Assembly (NCBI GenBank): GCA_964637695.1
Contig: CAZWVF010000002.1
Span: 3,445 to 67,444 of the forward strand
Origin: an uncultured Gemmatimonadota bacterium
GTDB taxonomy: Bacteria > Blakebacterota > Blakebacteria > Blakebacterales > Blakebacteraceae
Direction: 5' to 3'
DNA length: 64,000 nt
Both the position numbers and the translations under genes were made by a program. Under the pieces are notes generated by a model that had not been told where the DNA came from, did not search any database, and saw nothing but the letters and a program-made list of their open reading frames with translations. Within the stretch, counting starts at the first letter, position 1. Every line of letters starts with the position of its first letter. Positions 18,176-27,989 of the stretch are shown piece after piece.

Positions 18176-19063
18176 ATGACCGGATTGAAACTGATCTACC
18201 TGCTGGGAGATCCGGTCTCCCACAGCCTTTCACCCGACTTCCAGAACGCCGGCTTACAGGCACTCCGACTGCCCTTGAGATACCTTCCGAGACAGGTCGC
18301 CGCAGACGAACTGGCCGCCCTTCTCAATGGATTGGGGCAATCCGGCATAGCCGGTGCCAATATCACCATTCCGCACAAGATCGCTGCTCTTTCCCTGCTT
18401 GACACCCTGGATGAAGAAGCCGCGATGATCGGGGCTGTAAACACGATCGTCGTTCGGGATGGAACACTGACGGGGTACAACACCGACATTGAGGGATTCC
18501 TGCGCGCATTCAGGGAGAGAAGGCCGGAAGGACCCGCCGGACGCGGTGTGCTTCTGATGGGGTCCGGAGGAGCGGCCCGTGCTGCCGCCGCGGGGATAGT
18601 GCGAGAGGGGCTGGCCGATCAGATCTATCTGCTTTCGCGCACGAGAGAGAAAAGTGCGCGGCTCATCGATATGATCAACAGGCACAGAAAAAAGGAAAAC
18701 CTTCTCGAAGTAACCCTGCTTGAGGATTTCGGTGATGTCGGTCCGGGTATCCGGGAATCTGTGGGGCTGATCGTCAATGCCACACCCGCTGGACTGAATG
18801 AAGAGAAGGAGACCGCTCCCCTCCCCCCGCTGGCGGGATTTTCCCCTCAAACCCTCTTTTTCGACTTCGTGTACAGTCGCACTCCAACCCGGCTCCAGCG
18901 CCACGCTGCGCAGGCCGGTCTCGATGTTGAAGATGGATTAAACACGCTTCTTTATCAGGGCATGAAATCCTTTTACCTCTGGACCGGTTCCGCTCCCCCC
19001 GAGCGGATCATGAGAGAAGCCCTGGAAAAAGCCCTGAAAGGAAGGAAAGGGGAAGAGGCCTGA
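18176..19063 (+). CDS. aroE: Shikimate dehydrogenase.
   Basis: LIYLLGDPVSHSLSPDFQNAGL and LLMGSGGAARAAA. ATG at 18176 lies 1 nt after the aroA stop and is in frame with the 18017 ORF. Confidence 0.85.
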   Translation: MTGLKLIYLLGDPVSHSLSPDFQNAGLQALRLPLRYLPRQVAADELAALLNGLGQSGIAGANITIPHKIAALSLLDTLDEEAAMIGAVNTIVVRDGTLTGYNTDIEGFLRAFRERRPEGPAGRGVLLMGSGGAARAAAAGIVREGLADQIYLLSRTREKSARLIDMINRHRKKENLLEVTLLEDFGDVGPGIRESVGLIVNATPAGLNEEKETAPLPPLAGFSPQTLFFDFVYSRTPTRLQRHAAQAGLDVEDGLNTLLYQGMKSFYLWTGSAPPERIMREALEKALKGRKGEEA

Positions 19064-20262
19064 TGCTGAGGTTCTTAACCGCCGGTGAAAGCCATGGACC
19101 GGCCCTCACGGGCATTATAGATGGTATACCGGCGGGTCTGGAGATCGGAGCTGATTATATCGATCGGCACCTGGCGCGCAGGCAGATGGGACACGGCCGG
19201 GGTAAACGAATGGAGATAGAACAGGACAGGGTCGAGATCGTATCGGGCATTCGATTCGGGAAAACGATCGGCAGTCCTGTGGCACTGAAAATCGAGAACA
19301 GGGATTGGATCAACTGGAAGGACAGGATGGCCGTCGACTATCACAACAACGATCACGGCAGGGTGACAATGCCGCGACCGGGCCATGCAGATTTTACAGG
19401 GGGTATCAAGTACGGCCACACCGCCGATTTGAGGAATGTCATGGAGAGATCAAGCGCCAGGGAGACGGCCATGAGAGTGGCGATCGGATCGATAGCCCGC
19501 CGGCTGCTGGAAGAATTCGGGACTGCAATCGGCAGTGTGGTAGAGAGTATCGGAGAAATCGATGCCGGGGAGTTGTTCGGAAATGACGGCAGGGAATTGC
19601 CCGACCTCGCTGCCATCGACAACTCCCCGGTACGCTGTCCGGCGGCGACCGGCGAGGAGGCCATGATCGAGGCAATCGATGAGGCAGGAGAGGATGGTGA
19701 TACCCTCGGCGGCTGTTTCGCCGTATGGGCGGAAGGTGTGCCGGCGGGGCTCGGATCATACGTGCAGTGGGATCGCAGGATAGACAGTCAGCTTGCTCGT
19801 GCGGTCATGAGCATTCCGGCCATCAAGGGAGTGGAGATCGGACGGGCATTTGAAATGACCCGCAGCCGCGGATCGGAATCACATGACGAATTCCGGCTTC
19901 AGGCCATAACAGGGGAACCGGGAATTATCAGACGTCCGACCAATCGCGCAGGCGGAATTGAGGGAGGAATCACAAATGGTGAACATGTGATCATCCATGC
20001 GGCAATGAAGCCCCTTCCCACACTCCGCCGGCCGACAGGTTCCGTCGATCTGGTTACAGGCAGGGAGAAGAGTGCGCATGTGGAGCGCTCCGATGTATGC
20101 GCTGTTCCCGCAGCTGCGGTGGTAGCCGAATCGGTAGTGGCTCTGGTTCTGTGCAATGCCCTGCTGGAGAAATTCGGCGGTGATACAACGGGCGGGATCG
20201 AGGCCGCTCTGCAGAGGTACACGGAATCACAGCCACCTCACCTTCGGGAACCGGAGGCATGA
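19063..20262 (+). CDS. aroC: Chorismate synthase.
   Basis: MLRFLTAGESHGPALTGIIDGIPAGL and GRSSARETAMRVA motifs. Confidence 0.9.
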   Translation: MLRFLTAGESHGPALTGIIDGIPAGLEIGADYIDRHLARRQMGHGRGKRMEIEQDRVEIVSGIRFGKTIGSPVALKIENRDWINWKDRMAVDYHNNDHGRVTMPRPGHADFTGGIKYGHTADLRNVMERSSARETAMRVAIGSIARRLLEEFGTAIGSVVESIGEIDAGELFGNDGRELPDLAAIDNSPVRCPAATGEEAMIEAIDEAGEDGDTLGGCFAVWAEGVPAGLGSYVQWDRRIDSQLARAVMSIPAIKGVEIGRAFEMTRSRGSESHDEFRLQAITGEPGIIRRPTNRAGGIEGGITNGEHVIIHAAMKPLPTLRRPTGSVDLVTGREKSAHVERSDVCAVPAAAVVAESVVALVLCNALLEKFGGDTTGGIEAALQRYTESQPPHLREPEA

Positions 20263-20801
20263 TGAACCTGGCGGCGCAGATCCGGGAAACCGGGAGACTC
20301 TATCTGACCGGTTTCATGGGAGCCGGCAAGACTGCGGCGGGCCGGGAACTGGCTGTTCGTGCCGGATGGTCGTTTTGCGATCTGGATGACGAGATCGAAA
20401 ACAGCACAGGACGGACTGTTTTCGAGGTTTTCAAAGAGGGTGAGGAGAAATTCAGAATGCTCGAGAGAGAGGCCCTTGAAAGAACCCTGGAATACAGCCG
20501 GAGGGTAATCGCACTGGGAGGCGGAGCCATCGCCTGGAGGGATAATCGCGAATATCTGGCAGATAAGGGAGTCGTGGTTTATCTGGACGTTGCGGCAGAT
20601 GTTCTCTTCGAGAGGGTACGGCACAGCACATCTGAAAGACCACTCCTGTCCGGATTTCAGGACATAGACCTGCTCAACCGCATTGAAACAGTACTGGAAA
20701 TGCGGCTCCCATTCTACGAAAGGGCGGATTTGATAATCGACTGCCTTCAGGCGAAAACAGCCGGCGACATTGCCGAGGAGATATATGGCCATTTCCAATG
20801 A
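20259..20801 (+). CDS. aroK: Shikimate kinase.
   Basis: P-loop GFMGAGKT. 180 aa. Overlaps aroC by 4 nt. Confidence 0.85.
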   Translation: MMNLAAQIRETGRLYLTGFMGAGKTAAGRELAVRAGWSFCDLDDEIENSTGRTVFEVFKEGEEKFRMLEREALERTLEYSRRVIALGGGAIAWRDNREYLADKGVVVYLDVAADVLFERVRHSTSERPLLSGFQDIDLLNRIETVLEMRLPFYERADLIIDCLQAKTAGDIAEEIYGHFQ

Positions 20802-21900
20802 CAGAACGGTTGAGATCCCGGTAGACCTCGGCAACTGCAGTTACCCGATCATCGTCGGGCACGGGCTGATCGATTCGATCGGCCGGCTTATGGTCAAACA
20901 CTCGCTTGAAGGCAAAGCCGCAGTGATCAGCAACCGTACGGTCGTGGACCTGTTCGGAGAAAAGGTTGAGGAGAGTCTCCGGCGAAGCGGATTCAGGAGC
21001 ACTTTCCATACAGTCGGTGACGGGGATGAATTCAAGAATCTGGATTGTGCCAGGGAGCTTTACGATGCCCTTCTGGACCTCAAGATCGAACGGGGAGATA
21101 CGGTCATCGGTCTGGGCGGAGGGGTTGTCGGTGACATTGCGGGATATGTTGCCGCCACACTGCTCAGAGGCATCAATTTCGTACAGGTCCCCACCACACT
21201 CCTCGCCCAGGTGGATTCATCGGTGGGGGGTAAGGTGGGAGTCAACCACGAGAGAGGCAAGAATCTTATCGGCACCTTTTATCAGCCCCGATTCGTCCTG
21301 GCCGACACAACGACCCTGGAAAGCCTGCCTGAAAATCAGATGAGGTCGGGACTGGCCGAGATAATCAAGTGCGGCTGCATCGGTAGCACCGCCCTGTTTC
21401 AGCTTGTGGAAACCGGGTACCGGGAACTCCTGAATCTGGATAACGGCATTTTGACCGGGGCGATCTCCTCCAGCTGCAGGATCAAGGCTGAAATAGTAGA
21501 AATGGATGAGCGAGACATGACCGGGGAGAGAGCTGTTCTGAATTTCGGTCATACTGTAGGACATGCGATAGAATCACTGTCAGGCTATACGGATTACCTC
21601 CACGGTGAAGCCGTCGCTACAGGAATGATCGCTGCGGGCTATATGGGAACAGAGATGACCGGCTTCCCCCAGGAAGATTTCGACAGACTCGTTACACTGA
21701 TAAAGGCAGCAGGTTTTCAGACAGACATCGGAAACTTCTCGGCCGCAGACATTATCGATCGCACGTACATCGACAAGAAAGTCACAGCAGGCAGGGTCGA
21801 GTACGTACTGCCTGAAAGGATAGGTTATGCTGTTTCGGGCAGGAAGGTTCCCGATGAACTTGTACGTAATGCCATCGGATTCATAAGGACCCTGCGGTGA
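20785..21900 (+). CDS. aroB: 3-dehydroquinate synthase.
   Basis: GGGVVGDIAGYVAAT and HTVGHAIE motifs. Start set at the internal Met (MAISNDRTV) adjacent to the aroK stop. Confidence 0.85.
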   Translation: MAISNDRTVEIPVDLGNCSYPIIVGHGLIDSIGRLMVKHSLEGKAAVISNRTVVDLFGEKVEESLRRSGFRSTFHTVGDGDEFKNLDCARELYDALLDLKIERGDTVIGLGGGVVGDIAGYVAATLLRGINFVQVPTTLLAQVDSSVGGKVGVNHERGKNLIGTFYQPRFVLADTTTLESLPENQMRSGLAEIIKCGCIGSTALFQLVETGYRELLNLDNGILTGAISSSCRIKAEIVEMDERDMTGERAVLNFGHTVGHAIESLSGYTDYLHGEAVATGMIAAGYMGTEMTGFPQEDFDRLVTLIKAAGFQTDIGNFSAADIIDRTYIDKKVTAGRVEYVLPERIGYAVSGRKVPDELVRNAIGFIRTLR

Positions 21901-22355
21901 CAGCCATCGTGAAACGTTTCCTCGTCCTGAACGGGCCGAATCTCAACCTGCTGGGTGAGAGGCAGCCGGAACTGTACGGATCGGCTGCTCTGGAGGAGAT
22001 CATCGAGAGACTTCACGATCATGCTGAAGATCTCGGGGTTAAGATCATCCATGTACAGTCGAACCATGAGGGAGAGCTGATCGAGGCGCTGCATGATGCG
22101 CGCAGATGGGCCGCAGGTGTCATAATCAATCCTGCTGCCCTGACCCACTATTCATATGCCCTCAGAGATGCTATCGCATCCACCGGCCTGCCGGCAGTCG
22201 AAGTACATCTGACCGATATAGATAAAAGGGAGGATTGGAGGCGTATTTCGGTAACCCGGGATGTCTGTATAGATCAGATCGCCGGGCACGGAGGGGATAG
22301 CTACCTGATGGCTCTGGATCGCCTGCTGCAGTACCTGTTACGACCCTCCGGGTGA
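21897..22355 (+). CDS. aroQ: 3-dehydroquinate dehydratase type II.
   Basis: [21 protein letters not shown] and the [12 protein letters not shown] segment of type II DHQase. Confidence 0.9.
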   Translation: MTAIVKRFLVLNGPNLNLLGERQPELYGSAALEEIIERLHDHAEDLGVKIIHVQSNHEGELIEALHDARRWAAGVIINPAALTHYSYALRDAIASTGLPAVEVHLTDIDKREDWRRISVTRDVCIDQIAGHGGDSYLMALDRLLQYLLRPSG

Positions 22356-24008
22356 TCCTGCCTGTATTTTCTGCGCTTCTCTTTCATCAACCATGTCGCT
22401 GTGACAGGTGGCCTTTCCGTCATCATCAGCGCTGACGGCAAGAAGGGTCTTTTCGGCCAGTTCAGCGATTTCACCGATCTCCTTCGCTTCACCGGCACCG
22501 AAGAGCTCCAGGTCGCGATTGATCCTGACGGCGCACCAGTCATGACCGCACATCGAGCAGAAGTCTTCATCGACGTCATGATCTTCATCGTGAAACTCTC
22601 TGGCCGTTTCCGGATCAAAGGAGAGTTTTACGTGCTCGCTCCAGTCGAGAGCAGCACGGGCCCTGGTCAAGGCGTCATCCCTGTCACGGGTACCCGGAAT
22701 CCCGAGAGCCACGTCGGCGGCGTGTGCGGCTATCTTGTAGGCGATGCACCCCTGCTTGACATCATCCTTCTTCGGTAGGCTCAGGTGTTCCTTCGGAGTG
22801 ACATAGCAGAGCATCGCCGCACCGTGATAGGCGGCCGCCGTTGCCCCGATGCACGACGTGATATGGTCGTACCCCGGGAAGATGTCGGTCACCAGCGGCC
22901 CCAGAACGTAGAATGGAGCTCCGTGACAGATCCTGCGTGCGTATTTCATGTTGAATTCGATCTGGTCGAACGGAACGTGCCCGGGACCCTCGATCATGAC
23001 CTGGCACCCCCTGGCCCACGCACGCTCGGTCAGTTCCCCGAGCGTCTCCACCTCTCTCAGCTGTGCTTCATCGGTAGCGTCTGAAAGGCCGCCGGGGCGC
23101 AGGCCGTCACCGAGTGAAAAGCCGACATCGTATTCGCGCATGATGTCGCATATTTCGTCGAAGACCTCGTACATTGGATTCTGTTTGTTATGCGCCAGCA
23201 TCCATCTGGCCAGCAGAGATCCGCCCCTGCTAACTATGCCGATCAGGCGATCTTTGAGATATGGCAGGTGCTCCTTCAGCAGTCCCGCATGGATCGTGAA
23301 GAAATCGACACCCTGCCCGGCCTGCTTGACGATCTCGGTAAGAATGTCATCGTAGGTGAGCTCCTCGACACTCCGGCCGATTATCATGGAATAGATCGGC
23401 ACGGTACCAATCGGGACTGTCGCAGTCCGGATGATCGCTTCACGACATTCATCCAGATTCCCGCCCGTAGAAAGGTCCATAGCCGTATCAGCGCCCCACC
23501 GGACCGCCCATTCCAGCTTTTCGACTTCCCTGTCTGTATTGGAGGAAAGAGGTGAAGCCCCCAGGTTTGCGTTGATCTTTGTAGTAGCAGCCCTGCCGAT
23601 GCACATCGGGTCCAGGTTGTAGGACAGGTGCACTTTGTTTGCCGTAATGAGCATTCGACCCGCGGCTATTTCATCCCGGACCTGTTGCGGGGAGAGATGG
23701 GTTTCCCGTTCTGCTGCACGTTCCATCTCCGGAGTAATCATTCCCAGGCGGGCGTATTCGAACTGTGTAACGGCTTTAAACCGATCTGGTGCAACTGCAA
23801 ACTCCTCCCCCCTTTCCCACCCTTCGGGCAGAAAATCCCACGCGGTCCTGTCCGATGGCTCGGGCATCCCCGGCGTATCGGGAGAACTGAACGTATAAGG
23901 TGTACCGATTCGGGGTGGATTGGCAAAACTGCCCGGAGTCGTTCCCAGTTTATCTGTTGAGGGATTATTGCCGTGTGCCGGAATGTTCGTGCTCACAGAG
24001 CACCTCAT
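22338..24008 (-). CDS. thiC: Phosphomethylpyrimidine synthase ThiC (radical SAM).
   Basis: [17 protein letters not shown] and the C-terminal CSMCGHDWC motif. The ORF-track start (24044) lies inside the riboswitch. ATG at 24008..24006 follows the AGGAAAG of the riboswitch 3' end. Confidence 0.85.
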   Translation of the reverse strand: MRCSVSTNIPAHGNNPSTDKLGTTPGSFANPPRIGTPYTFSSPDTPGMPEPSDRTAWDFLPEGWERGEEFAVAPDRFKAVTQFEYARLGMITPEMERAAERETHLSPQQVRDEIAAGRMLITANKVHLSYNLDPMCIGRAATTKINANLGASPLSSNTDREVEKLEWAVRWGADTAMDLSTGGNLDECREAIIRTATVPIGTVPIYSMIIGRSVEELTYDDILTEIVKQAGQGVDFFTIHAGLLKEHLPYLKDRLIGIVSRGGSLLARWMLAHNKQNPMYEVFDEICDIMREYDVGFSLGDGLRPGGLSDATDEAQLREVETLGELTERAWARGCQVMIEGPGHVPFDQIEFNMKYARRICHGAPFYVLGPLVTDIFPGYDHITSCIGATAAAYHGAAMLCYVTPKEHLSLPKKDDVKQGCIAYKIAAHAADVALGIPGTRDRDDALTRARAALDWSEHVKLSFDPETAREFHDEDHDVDEDFCSMCGHDWCAVRINRDLELFGAGEAKEIGEIAELAEKTLLAVSADDDGKATCHSDMVDEREAQKIQAGSPGGS

Positions 24009-24090
24009 GCTTTCCTGCGCCGGTATGATCCGGATCAGGTTCAAGGGTATGCTCTCAGTCCCGCTCCCTGCAGGACACCCCTAGCCTTCT
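24008..24090 (-). ncRNA. TPP riboswitch (THI element) in the thiC 5' leader.
   Basis: Minus-strand sequence cuaGGGGUGuCCugcaGGgaGCgggaCUGAGAgcauACCCuugAACCUGAUCCGGAUcAUaCCGGCGcAGGaAAGC matches the THI-box consensus (GGGGUGC, CUGAGA, ACCUGAUCYGGAUAAUGCCAGCGNAGGGA). The SD-like AGGAAAG lies inside the 3' side. Confidence 0.85.
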
Positions 24091-24162
24091 GATACCTGGT
24101 GCCCTGAATCATAAATCCATCGTAATTCATCCTCCGCTGCATCCGCACCTGCTGCGTTGCGC

Positions 24163-24215
24163 CTCCTCGCCATAGCAACCGCTATGCCTCGTTGCCGCGC
24201 CTGGTCGGAGCGGCG
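24163..24215. repeat. Short fragment duplicated from the alpha/beta-hydrolase remnant at 11427..11621.
   Basis: The 32-nt stretch gccatagcAaccgctatgcctcgtTgccgcgcc matches 11540..11571 with 2 mismatches. The minus-strand translation GAATRHSGCYG parallels GAATRHSGGYG, then diverges to a stop. Confidence 0.45.
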
Positions 24216-24537
24216 CAGCGAAGTTCTCAGTTATGCAACGGACTTCTGACTCAGGACACACGCACTATACAAGATAGAGATTTATCACTGATCGGGCAAC
24301 CATCAGGAGTCCTATCTAGTTCCCGTCTGGAGGTTTCCCGCCGGCAACAGCCGGACTGCTCATCCTTTGATGAGGACTCCGGATGGGTATGACCCATAAT
24401 AATGATCTCGATTTCGGGAGCAGCGGGTGCAGCAGGAAGGCCTTGCCTGCTGCAACTCTTTTTCACAGTGTCATACCAGTATACACAATTATATTCCAGC
24501 ACTTCATTCTGCCATACTACATCAAACGAGGTCGCCC

Positions 24538-25800
24538 GTGCACGATATCGTCGAAAATCCAGATGGTGTTAAGTCTGCAGACATAATCGTAGGAATCCCG
24601 TCATACAACGAAGCAGACAACATCGCCTATCCGACCGACATGGTTTCGAGGGGTTTGAGGGAATTTTTTCCGGAGGCCAGATCGGTACTCATCAACGTCG
24701 ACAATAATTCTTCAGATGGCACTCGGGAAGCCTTCATGGGCACTCCCACACAGCAGCCGAAGATATATATCTCCACACCGGAGGGAGTCCTCGGCAAGGG
24801 CAATAATTTCCGAAACCTCTTCCGGGCCTGCGTGGAACTGAACGCCAAATTCGTAATTGTCGTGGATGCCGACCTCAAGAGCATCACTCCGGGCTGGATC
24901 AGGTATCTGGGCGAACCCTTGATGGGGCGATTCGATTACGTCACCCCTATCTACGTGCGCCACAAATACGACGGAACGATCACCAACCATATAGCCTATC
25001 CCCTGCTGAGAAGTCTTTACGGCCTGCGGGTGAGGCAGCCGATCGGAGGGGATTTCGGATTTTCAGGCAAGCTGGCCAGAGCCTTTCTGGCAGAGAAGAG
25101 CTGGAACAACAAGGTCGCCAATTTCGGCATAGACATCTGGATGACCACTATCGCCATCGCACGCGGTTTCAATGTGTGCCAGGCATTCCTGGGTACTCCG
25201 AAAATCCACCGCGCAAAGGATCCGGCCGAAGACCTGAGCAAGATGTTCATAGAGGTGGTATCCACCATTTTCGATCTGATCGTGGACTTCGAATATATCT
25301 GGATGGACCTGGCAGAGAGCCGGCCGAGCAGTATTTACGGGTTCGGTCTCGGTGTGGATGAAAAGCCTCCCGAGATCAATGTCAACACCGGTAAACTGCT
25401 GGACAGCTTCAAAAGCGGCTACAAGGAGTTCAGAGAGCTGTGGGAGGATGTGCTTCCACTCCCCGAAATGACTCAGGTCGTGAAGCTGGTGGAGGAATCG
25501 GAGAAGGAATCGTTCTTCTACCACAGCGATGTCTGGGCGAGGATTCTCTTCAGTTTCGCGGTTGCATACAAACAGGACGTGATCGATCACGATCATCTGA
25601 TGGAAGCGCTTATACCCTTCTATCACTCCAGGGTACTCTCCTTCGTGAACAAGACACACGCCTTCGGCACGCTCGACACAGAAGAGTACCTGGAGAACAT
25701 CATCCGGATATTCGAGAGGGAGAAGTTTTACCTCATAACACGCTGGGAAGAAACGAAGAACAGGCACGACAGAGCACTCTTCGTCCAGAGCGAGCAGTAA
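24538..25800 (+). CDS. Family-2 glycosyltransferase (glucosyl/mannosyl-glycerate synthase-like GT2).
   Basis: IVGIPSYNEADNI and the VIVVDADL (DxD) motifs. The ORF track gives ATG 24427. GTG at 24538, preceded by GAGG, gives an N-terminus typical for the family. Boundaries are uncertain. Confidence 0.6.
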   Translation: MHDIVENPDGVKSADIIVGIPSYNEADNIAYPTDMVSRGLREFFPEARSVLINVDNNSSDGTREAFMGTPTQQPKIYISTPEGVLGKGNNFRNLFRACVELNAKFVIVVDADLKSITPGWIRYLGEPLMGRFDYVTPIYVRHKYDGTITNHIAYPLLRSLYGLRVRQPIGGDFGFSGKLARAFLAEKSWNNKVANFGIDIWMTTIAIARGFNVCQAFLGTPKIHRAKDPAEDLSKMFIEVVSTIFDLIVDFEYIWMDLAESRPSSIYGFGLGVDEKPPEINVNTGKLLDSFKSGYKEFRELWEDVLPLPEMTQVVKLVEESEKESFFYHSDVWARILFSFAVAYKQDVIDHDHLMEALIPFYHSRVLSFVNKTHAFGTLDTEEYLENIIRIFEREKFYLITRWEETKNRHDRALFVQSEQ

Positions 25801-25885
25801 TAAATACCGGGAAAACCATCGCCGCCCCGCCGGATGTCATCGCAAGCCGCAGCCGGAGCGTTTCTCCGACAGACCCCTGAGATCG

Positions 25886-27325
25886 CTAAATACCTGCAAT
25901 AAGTCTCCAGACATTGGCAACCAGGAAGCAGACCGCGAATGCTATCGTAAGCGGCATCAGGGCACCCACTACCGTCCACTTCATGCTTCCGGTTTCCTTC
26001 CAGATGGTAAAGATGGTCGTGGAGCATGGATTGTGCAGCAGGCTGAAGAGCATCAGGCTGACGGCGGTCAACAGGGTCCAGCCCTGATCTCCTATCAGCA
26101 GGGCTTCCAGATCGGCACGTCCGGCGATATCGATCATCTGTGCCGCTCCCGTATAGGCCATCAGGATAACAGGAACAATGATCTCGTTGGCCGGAATCGC
26201 GATTACGTAGGCCATCAGGATGACACCGTCGAGCCCTATCGATCTTCCGACCGGATCGAGCAGACCGGCAAACAGGCCTGCCAGGTTCTCTCCGCCAACA
26301 TTTACCGCACTCAGGATCCAGATAACGGCACCGGCCGGTGCCGCCATCACCACGGCCCGCCACAGCACGAAAATCGTCCTGTCTATCAGGGATGTGTAGA
26401 TGATCTGACGGATATTCGGACGCCTGTAGGGGGGCAGTTCCAGCGTAAAGCTCGAGGGCTCCCCCTTCAGCACCGTCCTGGAGAGGAACGTCGAGACCAC
26501 CAGTGTGACTATCACTCCTATCATGACGATGATCACCACGGCCCCTGCCGCTGCAGCCGAGGCCACGGCGGGATTGAACCTGGCGCCGACGAATATGGAA
26601 GCCAGCAGGATCAGCGTCGGGAACCTGCCGTTGCAGGGCACGAAATTGTTCGTGAGAATAGCAATCAGTCGCTCCTTCGGGGAATCGATTATCCTGGTTG
26701 CGATGACGCCGGCGGCATTGCATCCGAAGCCCATGCTCATCGAAAGCGCCTGCTTGCCGTGAGCACCTGCGAACTTGAAGAGCCGATCCATATTGAATGC
26801 CACGCGCGGCAGGTAGCCCAGATCCTCGAGGAATGTGAAGATCGGAAAGAAGATCGCCATCGGGGGAAGCATCACGGAAATAACCCACGCGAGAGCTTTG
26901 TAGACACCGTGCCAGACAAGGCCGGTCACCCACCATGGCAGCCCGATCGAATTGAAGAGCACCACCCCCTGCTCTTCTATCCAGAAGAGCCCTGTGGCCA
27001 GTATCTGGGAAGGATAGTTGGCGCCGGCAACCGTAATCCAGAATGTTACGGCCAGTCCCAGAGCCATCAGGGGCAGACCGAAGAGGCGGCTGGTGAGTAC
27101 GCGGTCCAGCTTCTGATCCCAGCCCCGGCTCTTCTCTGAAGTCATGGAGACGTGCCGCTCCGCCAGGGAGGCCGCGTTCGAAAAGATGTCGTCAACCAGG
27201 CGATCGCGCAGGTTCGCTCCCAGACGCCGCTGAAGCAGATCGGCCTGCGACAGGATCTCTCCGGCGTTCTTCGCAGATCGGGATGCCGCCGCCGGGTCAC
27301 TCATCGAACTTCCCCGGCATATCAC
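25886..27325 (-). CDS. feoB: Ferrous iron transporter FeoB, membrane (permease/gate) portion.
   Basis: Polytopic nucleoside-recognition/gate-type membrane domains. The N-terminus aligns with the region after the FeoB GDI domain. The likely start is ATG (MSDPAAA...) overlapping the upstream stop as ATGAGTGA. Confidence 0.75.
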   Translation of the reverse strand: MICRGSSMSDPAAASRSAKNAGEILSQADLLQRRLGANLRDRLVDDIFSNAASLAERHVSMTSEKSRGWDQKLDRVLTSRLFGLPLMALGLAVTFWITVAGANYPSQILATGLFWIEEQGVVLFNSIGLPWWVTGLVWHGVYKALAWVISVMLPPMAIFFPIFTFLEDLGYLPRVAFNMDRLFKFAGAHGKQALSMSMGFGCNAAGVIATRIIDSPKERLIAILTNNFVPCNGRFPTLILLASIFVGARFNPAVASAAAAGAVVIIVMIGVIVTLVVSTFLSRTVLKGEPSSFTLELPPYRRPNIRQIIYTSLIDRTIFVLWRAVVMAAPAGAVIWILSAVNVGGENLAGLFAGLLDPVGRSIGLDGVILMAYVIAIPANEIIVPVILMAYTGAAQMIDIAGRADLEALLIGDQGWTLLTAVSLMLFSLLHNPCSTTIFTIWKETGSMKWTVVGALMPLTIAFAVCFLVANVWRLIAGI

Positions 27326-27989
27326 CGTTCACGAGCGCCTGACGGACCGCGTAATCGCCATCCAGCAGCCTGAGCGCCACCCATCTGGAATTGGGCAGCT
27401 CCGGATACTCTTCCTCTATAAGGGGAATGAGTTGATCGAGGGCCTCCTGCAGTTCTCCCTTAATCCTGATTCTGTAGGGCTGTGTATCAACATTTCCTTC
27501 TATTACATCAGCCACGGCCCTCATCAGCGAATCTAGACCCCTGCCATACCGTGCCGTAGTCGGGATTACAGGCACTCCCAGATCTCTGGAGAGCCCCTCA
27601 TGGTCCACCTGCAGACCTTTCCGCCCGGCTTCATCCATCAGGTTCAGACAGACCACAACCCTGTCTGTGATCTCGAGTACCTGCATGGTGAGGTTCAGAT
27701 TCCGCTCCAGCGATGTGGCATCGACAACCACAATCGAACAGTCAGGTCTTCCGAAGAGGAGAAAATCGCGGGCAATCTCCTCATCCAGCGACGCCGAGAG
27801 GAGCGAATAGGTTCCAGGCAGATCGATAAGTTTGTACTGACGGCCGTCGAACTCAAAGAATCCTTCGGCGCGGGTCACCGTCTTGCCCGGCCAGTTGCCG
27901 GTGTGCTGTTTCAGGCCTGTCAGGGCGTTGAAAACCGTACTCTTCCCTGTATTGGGATTTCCTGCCAGCGCAATAATCCGGTCAGGCAT
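27297..27989 (-). CDS. feoB: FeoB N-terminal GTPase (G-domain plus GDI) encoded as a separate ORF.
   Basis: G1 [10 protein letters not shown]3 DLPG and G4 NLMD motifs. 230 aa. Its stop overlaps the start of the permease ORF, which is in a different frame. Confidence 0.8.
   Translation of the reverse strand: MPDRIIALAGNPNTGKSTVFNALTGLKQHTGNWPGKTVTRAEGFFEFDGRQYKLIDLPGTYSLLSASLDEEIARDFLLFGRPDCSIVVVDATSLERNLNLTMQVLEITDRVVVCLNLMDEAGRKGLQVDHEGLSRDLGVPVIPTTARYGRGLDSLMRAVADVIEGNVDTQPYRIRIKGELQEALDQLIPLIEEEYPELPNSRWVALRLLDGDYAVRQALVNGDMPGKFDE

Noticed and set aside
24009-24044. thiC start at 24044 (ORF track).
   Set aside because: That codon is inside the TPP riboswitch aptamer. Translation must start after it, at the ATG at 24008.
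24427-24537. ATG start of the GT2 gene at 24427 as given in the ORF track.
   Set aside because: The first 37 codons (MQQEGLACCNSFSQCHTSIH...) are Cys/His-rich and lie in sequence shared with the repeat/pseudogene fragment. GTG at 24538 with an upstream GAGG gives a family-typical N-terminus.
25728-27139. 402-aa (-) and 368-aa (+) ORFs overlapping the FeoB permease region.
   Set aside because: Alternative frames of the feoB membrane-domain gene. The translations are extremely Arg/His/Gly-rich with no domains, whereas the FeoB frame gives canonical TM helices.
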